A stretch of DNA of 64,000 nt from an uncultured Rhodospirillales bacterium (lineage in GTDB: Bacteria > Pseudomonadota > Alphaproteobacteria > Acetobacterales > Acetobacteraceae): assembly GCA_903845065.1 (NCBI GenBank), contig CAIMWH010000063.1, forward strand, positions 40,003 through 104,002, read 5' to 3'. The translations under genes were made by a program, and so were the position numbers. Below the pieces are notes generated by a model. It saw only the letters and a program-made list of their open reading frames with translations, was not told the DNA's origin and made no database searches. How positions within the stretch are numbered: position 1 is the first letter of the stretch; every line of letters starts with the position of its first letter. Of this stretch, positions 36,650 to 47,156 are shown one piece after another.

Positions 36650-39157
36650 TCAAGCGCGCAAACGCGCGTTGTCAGCATCGAAAGGCGAATCCGCGATCAC
36701 CGTCGCCCGGTGCGGCACACCCAGTATCTCCACCGTCAGTTCCGAACCCACCTCCCCCAGGTCCGGCCGCACGAACGCCAGCGCGAGGGATTTCCCCAAC
36801 CGCCAGCCATACCCGCCCGACGTCGTCCGCCCCACCAGCGCCCCCCCGGCATAGATCGGCTCGGACCCGCGCGCATCGGCATCCGTCACCCCATGCACCT
36901 CCAGCGTCACATACCGGTTGGCAAACCCGCGCTCGCGCCAGGCCACCAGCCCATCGCGCCCGACAAAATCCCCCTTGTCGAGCGCCACGAACCGATCAAG
37001 CCCCGATTCCAGCGCCGCATACTCGATCGACAACTCCCGCCCCACCAACCGGTAGGACTTCTCCAGCCGCAGCGAATCCATCGCCCGGATGCCAAACGGC
37101 TTCAGCTCCAGGTCCGCCCCCGCCGCCATCAGCCGGTCAAAAATGTAGTTCTGAACCTCGATCGGATGATGCAACTCCCAGCCAAGCTCGCCCACATAGT
37201 TCACCCGCAACGCCCGCGTCGTCGCCGCGCCCACATTGATGGTCCGGCCGGACAGCCACGGGAACGCCTTGTTGGACAAATCCGCATCCGTCACCCGCGC
37301 CAGCAAATCCCGCGCCCGCGGCCCGGCGATCACCAGCACCCCATGCTGCGTCGTCACCTTGCGCAGCGTCACGCTGCCATCGGCCGGCACCGCCTTGCTG
37401 AAATAGTCCCAGTCATGGCTCTCCAGCGCCCCGGCCGACACGATGTAGAACCGGTCCGCCGCCTCGCGATAGACCGTGAACTCCGTCCGCACCCCGCCCT
37501 GCGGCGTCAGGTGATAGCACAGCCCGATCCGCCCCACCTTCTGCGGCAGCCGCCCCGAAACGAACCCATCGAGCCATGCCGCCGCCCCCGGCCCCGACAA
37601 CTCGAACTTGGCGAACGCGCTCATATCGAGCAGCCCGACCTTCTCATGCACATGCCGGCACTCGCGCCCGACATGCTCGAAGTAGTTCGAGCGCCGGAAA
37701 CTCCACTTCTCCACAATCCGCCCATCGATCGGGGGCGCATGGTTCTCATTGAGCAGCACATCGGTCTTGCCCAAGGCCGCCGCATCGAGCGCATAGCCCG
37801 CCGGGGCGAACCAGTTCGGCCGCTCCCAGCCAAACACCGAGCCGAACACCGCCCCCAGCGCCTTCATCCGCGAATAGCACGGCGTCTGCCGCATCGGCCG
37901 CGCCGCAGTGCGCTCCTCATCGGGATAATGCACGGTGAAGACCTTGGCATAGGCCTCCTCGTTCTTCTCCTTGAGATACCCCCGCGTGGCATACGGCCCG
38001 AACCGCCGCGGATCGACCCCCATCATATCGACGGTCGGCTCCCCATCGACGATCCACTCCGCCAACTGCCACCCGGCCCCGCCGGCCGCGGTAATCCCGA
38101 AGCTGTGCCCCTCGTTGAGCCAGAAATTCCGCAACCCCGGCGCCGGCCCCACGATGGGCGAGCCATCCGGCGTATAGGCGATGGCGCCGTTATAGACCTG
38201 CTTCACCCCCACCTCGCCGAACGCCGGCACCCGGGCAATCGCCGTCTCGATATAAGGCGCCAGCCGCTCCAGATCCTCCTGGAACAACTCATACTCGGAG
38301 CCGTCATCCGGCCCGTCCACATAACAAGCCGGCGCCCCGATTTCATACGGCCCCAGCAGCAGCCCGCCGTTCTCCTCGCGCATGTACCACGACGAGTCCG
38401 ACTCCCGCAGCACCCCCATCTCCGGCAGCCCCTGCCGCCGCCGCTCCACAATCGCCGGATGCGGCTCCGTCACGATATACTGGTGCTCCACCGGCACCAC
38501 CGGGATTTCGATCCCCACCATCGCCCCGGTCCGCCGCGCGAAACTCCCGGTCGCCGAGACGATGTGCTCGCACACGATATCGCCCTTGTCGGTCCGCACC
38601 TGCCACTCGCTGGAGGGCAACCGGGAAATCCCCGTCACCGTGGTATACCGATTGATCTCCGCCCCCATCGCCCGCGCCCCGCGCGCCAGCGCCTGCGTCA
38701 GATCGGCCGGCTGGATATACCCGTCCTCGGGATGCTGAATGGCACCGAGCAACCCCTCGAAATTGCACAGCGGCCAAATGTCCTTGACCTCGCTTGGCGT
38801 CAGGAACCGCACATCCACCCCGATGGTCTTCGCCACCCCGGCGTAATAGCGATACTCGTCCATCCGGTCCTGCGTGCGCGCCAGGCGAATATTGCTCACC
38901 TGCCGCAGCCCGACGTTCTGCCCGGTCTCCGCCTCCAGCCGCTTGTAGAGCGCCACCGAATACTTGTGGATCTGCCCCACGGAGTAGCTGAGGTTGAACA
39001 ACGGCAGCAGCCCCGCCGCATGCCAGGTGGAGCCCGAGGTCAATTCCTTGCGCTCGATCAGCACGCTGTCGGTCCAGCCCTTCTTGGCCAGATGATACAA
39101 GGTGCTGACGCCGACAGCGCCGCCACCGATGACCACCGCGCGGGCATGGGTTCTCAT
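36650..39157 (-). CDS. dimethylglycine/sarcosine dehydrogenase family protein (FAD DAO domain fused to GcvT-type folate-binding domain)
   Basis: 835 aa. GAGGAG lies upstream of ATG 39157. The N-terminus has VVIGGGAVGVSTLYHL and STWHAAGL. The C-terminal aminomethyltransferase-like region has YVGELGWELH. Confidence 0.9.
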   Translation of the reverse strand: MRTHARAVVIGGGAVGVSTLYHLAKKGWTDSVLIERKELTSGSTWHAAGLLPLFNLSYSVGQIHKYSVALYKRLEAETGQNVGLRQVSNIRLARTQDRMDEYRYYAGVAKTIGVDVRFLTPSEVKDIWPLCNFEGLLGAIQHPEDGYIQPADLTQALARGARAMGAEINRYTTVTGISRLPSSEWQVRTDKGDIVCEHIVSATGSFARRTGAMVGIEIPVVPVEHQYIVTEPHPAIVERRRQGLPEMGVLRESDSSWYMREENGGLLLGPYEIGAPACYVDGPDDGSEYELFQEDLERLAPYIETAIARVPAFGEVGVKQVYNGAIAYTPDGSPIVGPAPGLRNFWLNEGHSFGITAAGGAGWQLAEWIVDGEPTVDMMGVDPRRFGPYATRGYLKEKNEEAYAKVFTVHYPDEERTAARPMRQTPCYSRMKALGAVFGSVFGWERPNWFAPAGYALDAAALGKTDVLLNENHAPPIDGRIVEKWSFRRSNYFEHVGRECRHVHEKVGLLDMSAFAKFELSGPGAAAWLDGFVSGRLPQKVGRIGLCYHLTPQGGVRTEFTVYREAADRFYIVSAGALESHDWDYFSKAVPADGSVTLRKVTTQHGVLVIAGPRARDLLARVTDADLSNKAFPWLSGRTINVGAATTRALRVNYVGELGWELHHPIEVQNYIFDRLMAAGADLELKPFGIRAMDSLRLEKSYRLVGRELSIEYAALESGLDRFVALDKGDFVGRDGLVAWRERGFANRYVTLEVHGVTDADARGSEPIYAGGALVGRTTSGGYGWRLGKSLALAFVRPDLGEVGSELTVEILGVPHRATVIADSPFDADNARLRA

Positions 39158-39191
39158 GGTTCGTCTCCTCAGGCGGTCATCGTTAAGCGGG

Positions 39192-40850
39192 TCATCGTTG
39201 GGAAGTCTGCCAGTCCGCCGCAGCGTAGAATGGCTGGTTGGACGGCGCCATCGGGGCGCGCCCGAGAATATGGTCCGAAGCCTTCTCTCCGATCATGATG
39301 CTGGGCGCATTGAGGTTCCCGGTCGTCACCTGCGGCATGATGGAGGAATCGACCACCCGCAGCCCATCCACCCCGATCACCCGCGTCTCGGCATCAACCA
39401 CCGCCATCGGATCATCCGCCCGCCCCATCCGGCAGGTGCCGCACGGATGATAGGCGCTCTCCACCTTGGCGCGGATGAACGCATCGATCGCCTCGTCCGT
39501 CGTCACATCGGCGCCAGGCTGGATTTCCCGCCCGCGATACGGATCGAACGCCGCCTGGCCGAAAATCTCCCGCGTCAGCCGCACCGCCGCCCGCATCTCC
39601 ACCCAATCGTCGGGATGGCTCATGTAGTTGTAGCGGATCACCGGCTTGGCCAGCGGATCGGGCCCCGCCAGCCGCACATGGCCCCGGCTTTTCGAGCGCA
39701 TCGGCCCGGCATGGGCCTGGAACCCGTGCCGATCCGCCAGCGCCGAGCCGTCATAGGCAATCGCCAGCGGCAGGAAATGATACTGGATATCGGGCCACGG
39801 AACCCCGGCCCGGCTGCGAATGAACCCGCAGGATTCGAAGTGGTTGGTCGCCCCCAACCCGTCCCGCCGCAACAGCCAGCGCGCCCCGATCATCGCCTTC
39901 GCCAGCGGACTCATGGAGGAAAACAGGGTGATCGGCTGGGTGCACTCCACCTGGAAATAGAACTCCAGGTGATCCTGCAAATTCTCCCCCACCCCGGGCC
40001 GGTTCACCAGAATAGGGATCTCATTGGCCCGCAACTCCGCCGCCGGCCCGATGCCCGAAAGCTTCAGCAATTGCGGCGAATTGATCGGCCCCCCGGCCAA
40101 AATCACCTCCCGCGCCGCCGTCGCCACCTGCTCCGTCCCACCGCGCAGGTACCGCACCCCGGTCGCCCGCCGGCCGACGAACTCGATCCCGGTCGCCATC
40201 GCCCCGGTGCGGATTTCCAGGTTCTTGCGCCGGCGGATGGGATGCAGATACGCCACCGCCGCCGAACACCGCTCCCCCTTTCGCACCGTCATATCCATCC
40301 GCCCGAACCCCTCCTGGCGGAACCCGTTGACGTCCTCCGTCACCCCGTACCCGGCCTGCCGCCCGGCCTCGATCCAGGCGCGATACAGCGGATTGGCGAG
40401 CGGCCCATACGCCGTGGACAGCGGCCCCTCGTCGCCCCGATACGCATCCCCCCCCTCGGCGCGGCTTTCGGCCCGGCGGAAATACGGCAGCACATCGGCC
40501 CAGCCCCAGCCCTGCGCCCCTTGCTCCCGCCACCCCTCGTAATCCATCGGATTGCCGCGGATATAAACCAGCCCATTGATCGAGGAGGACCCGCCCAGCA
40601 CCTTGCCGCGCGGCGTATGCATCCGCCGCCCGTTCAGGTTGGGCTCGGGCTCCGTCTCGTAGAACCAGTTGTAGCGCTTCATATTCATCGGGATGGACAA
40701 CGCCGAGGGCATCCGAATGAAGATCGACCCATCCCCGCCGCCCGCCTCCAGCAGCAGCACGCGGTTGCGGCTATCCGCGCTGAGCCGGTTGGCCAGCACC
40801 GAGCCGGCCGAGCCGGCGCCCACGATCACATAGTCGAAGCTTTCTGCCAT
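39192..40850 (-). CDS. betA: choline dehydrogenase (GMC oxidoreductase)
   Basis: ATG 40850 ([23 protein letters not shown]...). It is collinear with E. coli BetA by eye: [59 protein letters not shown]. Confidence 0.9.
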   Translation of the reverse strand: MAESFDYVIVGAGSAGSVLANRLSADSRNRVLLLEAGGGDGSIFIRMPSALSIPMNMKRYNWFYETEPEPNLNGRRMHTPRGKVLGGSSSINGLVYIRGNPMDYEGWREQGAQGWGWADVLPYFRRAESRAEGGDAYRGDEGPLSTAYGPLANPLYRAWIEAGRQAGYGVTEDVNGFRQEGFGRMDMTVRKGERCSAAVAYLHPIRRRKNLEIRTGAMATGIEFVGRRATGVRYLRGGTEQVATAAREVILAGGPINSPQLLKLSGIGPAAELRANEIPILVNRPGVGENLQDHLEFYFQVECTQPITLFSSMSPLAKAMIGARWLLRRDGLGATNHFESCGFIRSRAGVPWPDIQYHFLPLAIAYDGSALADRHGFQAHAGPMRSKSRGHVRLAGPDPLAKPVIRYNYMSHPDDWVEMRAAVRLTREIFGQAAFDPYRGREIQPGADVTTDEAIDAFIRAKVESAYHPCGTCRMGRADDPMAVVDAETRVIGVDGLRVVDSSIMPQVTTGNLNAPSIMIGEKASDHILGRAPMAPSNQPFYAAADWQTSQR

Positions 40851-40932
40851 CGATCCCGCGCATTTCCACCCCGCGGGCGTTAACATCATCCGCCCCCGGC
40901 ATCAAATCGCCGGACCAAAGCCGAGGAAACCC

Positions 40933-41712
40933 ATGCCGGAACCCGTCGCCCCAGACCTCGTCGCATTCGCCCACCACCTCGCCGATATCGCGGCCGACAT
41001 GCTGCGCGAGCGCGCCGCCCGCCCGCCGTCGGTGGAAATCAAATCCGACGGCTCCCCCGTCACCGACACCGACAAAGCCATCGAAGCCGCCATCCGCGCC
41101 GAAATCGCCCGCGCCTACCCCGCCCACGGCATCCACGGCGAGGAATTCCCGCCCGACCGTCTCGATGCCGAATATGTCTGGGTGATCGACCCGGTGGACG
41201 GCACCAAGGAATGGGTCCAGGGCCTGCCGCTGTTCGGCTTCCTCCTTGCCCTGCTACACCACGGCGACATCGTTCTCGGCCTCGCCGAACAGCCCCTGCT
41301 GCGCCATCGCTGGCTCGGCGCCGAAGGCCACGGCACCACCCGCGGCACCCACCAAGTCCACACCACCACCCGCCAGAGCCTCGACACCGCCATCGTCAGC
41401 ACCATGGGCTACGACACCTTCTGCCGCGATCGCCACGACCAGCTCATCCGCCTGCGCGTCAACCACCGCAACACCGTCACCGCCGACAGCTTCTACGTGT
41501 TCGGTCTCCTCGCCGAGGGCCGCGTCGATCTTATCGCGTCCGACAAGTTCGCCCTGCACGACTACGCGGCACTCGACGCCATCGTCCGCCACGCCGGCGG
41601 CACCGTCACCGACTGGGACGGCAACCGCCTCACCCGCAGCAGCGACGGCACCATTCTCGCCGCCGCCACCCCCCAGCTTCACGCCGAGGCGCTGGCAATC
41701 CTGAAGGGGTGA
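40933..41712 (+). CDS. inositol monophosphatase family protein
   Basis: Motifs: DGSPVTDTD and WVIDPVDGT, with a C-terminal ...DYAAL... region. Confidence 0.85.
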   Translation: MPEPVAPDLVAFAHHLADIAADMLRERAARPPSVEIKSDGSPVTDTDKAIEAAIRAEIARAYPAHGIHGEEFPPDRLDAEYVWVIDPVDGTKEWVQGLPLFGFLLALLHHGDIVLGLAEQPLLRHRWLGAEGHGTTRGTHQVHTTTRQSLDTAIVSTMGYDTFCRDRHDQLIRLRVNHRNTVTADSFYVFGLLAEGRVDLIASDKFALHDYAALDAIVRHAGGTVTDWDGNRLTRSSDGTILAAATPQLHAEALAILKG

Positions 41713-41716
41713 ACCC

Positions 41717-42193
41717 TCACTCCTCCGTCAGTTCCTTCACCATCGCCTTGATCAGGTCGAACCGGCTCACCAGCCCGATGATCTTGCCGTTCTCCACCAC
41801 CGGCGCCCGCTTGATGTTGTTGTCGTAGAACAGCTTGGCGATATCCCGCGCCGGCGTCCCCGGCGCGATCGTCCTGACCTCGCGCGCCATCAGCGCCGCC
41901 ACCTTGCGCCGCTCGGCCTTCAGCACCTTGAGGAAGCTCGGCGCCAGGTCATGCCCATCGGCCAGGTGATCCAACCACCACTGCTGCCGCTCGCTGAACT
42001 CGCCATGCCAGCGCAGCAGGTCACCTTCCGTCAGCATGCCAACCGGCGTGCCATCCGCATCCACCACCGGCAGCCCGCTGACATGACGTTGGGCCATCAG
42101 CTTGACCGCCGTCAGCAGCGAGGTATCCGGATGCACCACCGCGACATCGCGGGTCATCAAATCCTCGGCGAAGATCAGTGTGTTGTCGAACAT
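41717..42193 (-). CDS. CBS-domain pair protein
   Basis: ATG 42193. It has two CBS repeats (MTRDVAVVHPDTSLLTAVKLMAQRHVSGLPVVD and MAREVRTIAPGTPARDIAKLFYDNNIKRAPVVE). Confidence 0.8.
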   Translation of the reverse strand: MFDNTLIFAEDLMTRDVAVVHPDTSLLTAVKLMAQRHVSGLPVVDADGTPVGMLTEGDLLRWHGEFSERQQWWLDHLADGHDLAPSFLKVLKAERRKVAALMAREVRTIAPGTPARDIAKLFYDNNIKRAPVVENGKIIGLVSRFDLIKAMVKELTEE

Positions 42194-42309
42194 CTCGGCG
42201 GCTCCTTCGATCGCATGGTTCAACCATGCAGGCTAGGCGGCTGGCGCAGGACGGCATTGAGGTGGATCAACGGTGGCAGATCGACGCACTCGCGCTTATC
42301 TTGGCACTC

Positions 42310-43272
42310 ATGTCCGATACCCCTGCCTTTCTCGACCCGGGACGCCCCGACGTGCCCGATATCGTGGTGCCGCGCGGCGTCACGCCGTTTTTCCTGCCGC
42401 AGCGCCCGGTGCGCGGCCGGCTAGTCAAGCTCGGCGTTCTCGCCGAGGCGCTGCTGGAACGCCACGAGACCCACCCCGCCGTCACCCGCCTGCGCGGCGA
42501 GGCGTTGGCGATGGTCGCCGCCCTCGCTACCGCGCTAAAATTCCGCGGCTCCTTCTCGCTCCACTCCAAGGGCGACGGCGCCGTGCCCATGCTGCTGGCC
42601 GACTGCACCGATACCGGCGCCCTGCGCGGCTACGCCCGCGTGGATGCCGAACGGCTGTCCGAACTCCTCGCCCGTAACGAAATGCCCTCCCCCGCCGCCC
42701 TCCTCGGCCAGGGCTACCTCGCCTTCACCGTCGACCAGGGCCCCGACATGGAGCGCCACCAGGGCATCGTTGCCATCGAGGGCGACTCGCTCGCGGACAT
42801 GGCGTTGCACTATTTCAACACGTCCGAGCAAATGGCCTGCTTCATCCGCCTCGCCTGCGCCCGCACGCCGGAAGGCTGGCGCGCCAGCGCCCTCATCCTC
42901 GAAAAAATCGCCGGCCTCGGCGGCATCGATCCCGAGATGGACGCCGCCGTCGCCACCGAGCACTGGAACACCGCCACCATCCTGGCCGAAACCGTCACCG
43001 ACGCCGAACTCCTCGATGATGCCGTGCCGCCCGAAACGCTGCTCTACCGCCTGTTCCACACCGAAGGCGTCGCCGCCGACCTCTCCCGCGCCCTCGCCTA
43101 CGGCTGCCGCTGCTCGCGCCAGCGCCTCGCCGGCATCCTCGAAACCTTCACCGACGATGACCTCGACCACATGACCATCGGCAGCGACATCGTGATGACC
43201 TGCGAATTCTGCAATCACGATTTCCGCTTCCCCCGCCAGGACGTCCGCAGCGCCGCCCCTGATCCGTCCTAG
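42310..43272 (+). CDS. hslO: redox-regulated chaperone Hsp33
   Basis: ATG 42310. The C-terminal zinc centre is CRCSRQR...CEFCNHDF. The body is collinear with Hsp33. Confidence 0.85.
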   Translation: MSDTPAFLDPGRPDVPDIVVPRGVTPFFLPQRPVRGRLVKLGVLAEALLERHETHPAVTRLRGEALAMVAALATALKFRGSFSLHSKGDGAVPMLLADCTDTGALRGYARVDAERLSELLARNEMPSPAALLGQGYLAFTVDQGPDMERHQGIVAIEGDSLADMALHYFNTSEQMACFIRLACARTPEGWRASALILEKIAGLGGIDPEMDAAVATEHWNTATILAETVTDAELLDDAVPPETLLYRLFHTEGVAADLSRALAYGCRCSRQRLAGILETFTDDDLDHMTIGSDIVMTCEFCNHDFRFPRQDVRSAAPDPS

Positions 43273-43297
43273 CTCCCAGACCTGCCCGGAACCCGCC

Positions 43298-43900
43298 ATG
43301 CGCATCGCCCGTCGTGCCGCCCTGCTGCTCCCCTTCCTGCTCGCCGCCTGCTCCAAGCCGGAGCCGCCGAGCTTCGAGCCGTTCGATTTCGACTATCTAA
43401 CCAAGATCAAGCTCGATGTCGGCACCATCGAGATCGATGACGCCTGGGCGCCGCGCGGCGCCGCCCGCCACGTGGAATACATCGCCCCCACCCGCCCCAC
43501 CAAAGCCCTGCGCCTGATGGCCGAGCAGCGCCTGGTCACCGGCGGCTCCGCCGGCCAGGCCCTGTTCGGCATCGATGACGCCTCCATCATCCTCTACCGC
43601 GGCCGCTTCGAGGCCAGCTTCGCCGTCCATCTCGAACTCCAGGACGCCGACGGCAAGCAGATCGGCATCGCCCAGGCCCGTGCCCGCGCCGCCCGCCCGG
43701 CCACCGACGAGGAAGACATCACCGCCACCCAGATCGACCTCGACAGCCTGATGCGCAAACTGATGGGCGATCTCAACGTCGAGTTCGAATTCCAGGTCAA
43801 GCAGGCCCTCAAGCAATCCCTGCAGAACACCGCGCCCGATGCCCCCGCCCCCGGCCCGGTCGACAGCCAGGACCTCTCTACCGCGCCGCCGCCGACGTGA
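43298..43900 (+). CDS. lipoprotein of unknown function
   Basis: Signal with lipobox MRIARRAALLLPFLLAAC. 200 aa. No family recognised. Confidence 0.65.
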   Translation: MRIARRAALLLPFLLAACSKPEPPSFEPFDFDYLTKIKLDVGTIEIDDAWAPRGAARHVEYIAPTRPTKALRLMAEQRLVTGGSAGQALFGIDDASIILYRGRFEASFAVHLELQDADGKQIGIAQARARAARPATDEEDITATQIDLDSLMRKLMGDLNVEFEFQVKQALKQSLQNTAPDAPAPGPVDSQDLSTAPPPT

Positions 43901-43913
43901 ACGGGATCGCCCG

Positions 43914-44795
43914 ATGAGCGCGATCCCGGGCGTCGGCACCGACCGTGTCGTCACCGGCATCGGCCTCGGCATGCTCGCCTACTCGCTGTTCGCCACCCAT
44001 GACGCGGCCAACAAGTACCTCGCCGCCAGCCTGCCGGTCTGGCAGGTGCTGTTCTTCCGCAGCGTCACCATCGTCACCGGCGCGCTGGTGTTCGGCCGCG
44101 GCAAGCTGCTCGCCCGCGTGGTGGAAACCCCGCTCAAGCTGCAACTCCTCGGCCGCGGCGCGCTTACCCTGCTGGCCTGGCTGCTCTACTACACTGCCTC
44201 GCGCGAACTGCCGCTCGCCCAGTTGATGACGCTCTATTTCAGCTCCCCCATCATCGTAGCGGTGCTGGCTATCCCCATCCTCGGCGAACGCGTCAATGCC
44301 GCCCGCTGGGTCGCGCTCGGGCTCGGCTTCACCGGCGTCCTGCTCGCGTCCGACCCGCTGGGCGTCCATGCCTCCCTCGCCACCGCCCTGGTGCTCGCAG
44401 CGGCCGTGCTGTGGGCCATCGCCATCCTGCTGATGCGGCTGATCGCCCGGCGCGAATCGTCCCTCGTGCAGATTTTCTACCAGAACGCCCTGTTCCTGGT
44501 GCTCACCGGCAGCGTCACCTTCTTCCTCTGGACCCCGCCCACCCCGCTCGAATTCGCCCTCCTGGCGCTCATCGGCGTGTTCGGCGGCGCCGGCCAGTTC
44601 ATCCTGTTCGAAGGCGTCCGCCTCGCACCCGCCTCGGTGATGTCCACCGTGGAATATACCGGCCTGATCTGGGCCTTCCTGCTCGGCTACCTCGTCTGGG
44701 GGGATATTCCATCCCCCGCCACCTGGCTGGGCGCCGGCCTGATCTTCACCTCCGGCCTGTTCCTCCTCGCGATGGAACGCCGCCGCCGGGCCTGA
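43914..44795 (+). CDS. DMT superfamily (EamA-like) transporter
   Basis: ATG 43914 within ORF 43839..44795. About ten TM segments form two EamA-like halves. Confidence 0.8.
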   Translation: MSAIPGVGTDRVVTGIGLGMLAYSLFATHDAANKYLAASLPVWQVLFFRSVTIVTGALVFGRGKLLARVVETPLKLQLLGRGALTLLAWLLYYTASRELPLAQLMTLYFSSPIIVAVLAIPILGERVNAARWVALGLGFTGVLLASDPLGVHASLATALVLAAAVLWAIAILLMRLIARRESSLVQIFYQNALFLVLTGSVTFFLWTPPTPLEFALLALIGVFGGAGQFILFEGVRLAPASVMSTVEYTGLIWAFLLGYLVWGDIPSPATWLGAGLIFTSGLFLLAMERRRRA

Positions 44796-44871
44796 AAGCG
44801 GTTTGCCGCCCACCCCATTCCGGGGCATGTTTCGCAATCGAAGATGGTTTCGCGGGGGAGCGAATTCACCA

Positions 44872-45600
44872 ATGGCGCAATCCACAGTCACCGCGGGGCT
44901 CGACGAGGCGGCACACCGCCTCATCGGCGGCAACCGCGTGCTGCGCTACATCCCCCCCGATGACCTCAAGGCCCTGGTCCGCCGCTCCAGCCTCATCACC
45001 GTTGACGCCCGCGAGGCGCTGTTCACCCAGGGTGACGCCGGAACCGACGTTCTGGTGGTCCTGCAAGGCTACATCAAGCTCTCTTCCACCACCGTGGGCG
45101 GCCGTGAGGCCATTCTCGATATCGCGGGCCCCGGCGCGGTATTCGGCGAAATCGCGGTCCTGAATGACTGGCCACGCTCCGCCAGCGCCACCGCCCTCTC
45201 CCCCTCGCGCCTGCTCTCTATCAGCGGCGCCTCCTTCATCCAGGCCCTGCTGCGCGCCCCCGAGGCCCTGCTCGCCACCGTCCGCCTGCTCAGCGAGCGC
45301 CTGCGCACCGCCACCGAACAGATGACCGACGCGGTGGACCTCCCCGCCCCCACCCGCGTCGCCAAGGCCCTGATCTACCTCGCCGCCCTGCACTCCAGCG
45401 CGGCCGACGGCGGCCTGCGGATCGAGTTCCAGCTCTCCCAGCGCGAGCTCGGCGGCCTCACCGGCCTCACCCGCGAAAGCATCAACAAACACCTCGCCGC
45501 CTTCCGCGATGCCGGCTGGATCCGCATGTCGGGCCAGGATATCGCCATCCTCAACCTGGCCGCCCTGCGCCAGGACATCGACGCCCGCGAACTTCAATAG
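44872..45600 (+). CDS. Crp/Fnr family transcriptional regulator
   Basis: ATG 44872. The cNMP-binding beta-roll contains GAVFGEIAVLNDWPRSASA. The C-terminal HTH is LSQRELGGLTGLTRESINKHLAAFRDAGWI. There is no N-terminal Fnr-type Cys cluster. Confidence 0.85.
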   Translation: MAQSTVTAGLDEAAHRLIGGNRVLRYIPPDDLKALVRRSSLITVDAREALFTQGDAGTDVLVVLQGYIKLSSTTVGGREAILDIAGPGAVFGEIAVLNDWPRSASATALSPSRLLSISGASFIQALLRAPEALLATVRLLSERLRTATEQMTDAVDLPAPTRVAKALIYLAALHSSAADGGLRIEFQLSQRELGGLTGLTRESINKHLAAFRDAGWIRMSGQDIAILNLAALRQDIDARELQ

Positions 45601-45619
45601 CGCCCAAAGGACCCGTACG

Positions 45620-47017
<1,398 letters not shown>

Positions 47018-47043
47018 TCCCTCGCATTACAATTTTGACACCC

Positions 47044-47059
47044 TGTGAATGCATTCATA
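47044..47059. promoter_or_regulatory. CRP-like operator candidate TGTGAATGCATTCATA
   Basis: It matches TGTGA-N6-TCACA at 9 of 10 half-site positions. Its core TGAATGCATTCA (47046-47057) is a perfect 12-bp palindrome. It lies immediately 3' of a TTGACA hexamer (47035-47040) and about 100 nt upstream of the repeat-protein ATG. Confidence 0.4.
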
Positions 47060-47156
47060 CTGGTATGGACGGCTCGGCGTCATTCTGCGTTCACCAGATG
47101 AGCAGGAACGAGTTGCTCGGACCTGGCAGAGAATGAACGCAAACAGGAGAAGAACG

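Noticed and set aside
36518-39298. 926-aa plus-strand ORF
   Set aside because: It lies entirely antisense to the DMGDH-family gene. Its product is dominated by R/P/H/Q/L with no recognisable motifs, which is a typical shadow ORF in very GC-rich DNA. The minus-strand product has clear FAD and GcvT motifs.
44829-44853. 7-bp direct repeat GTTTCGC-N11-GTTTCGC upstream of the Crp/Fnr gene
   Set aside because: It is short, unsupported by any palindromic symmetry or second occurrence, and could easily arise by chance. It was not promoted to a finding.
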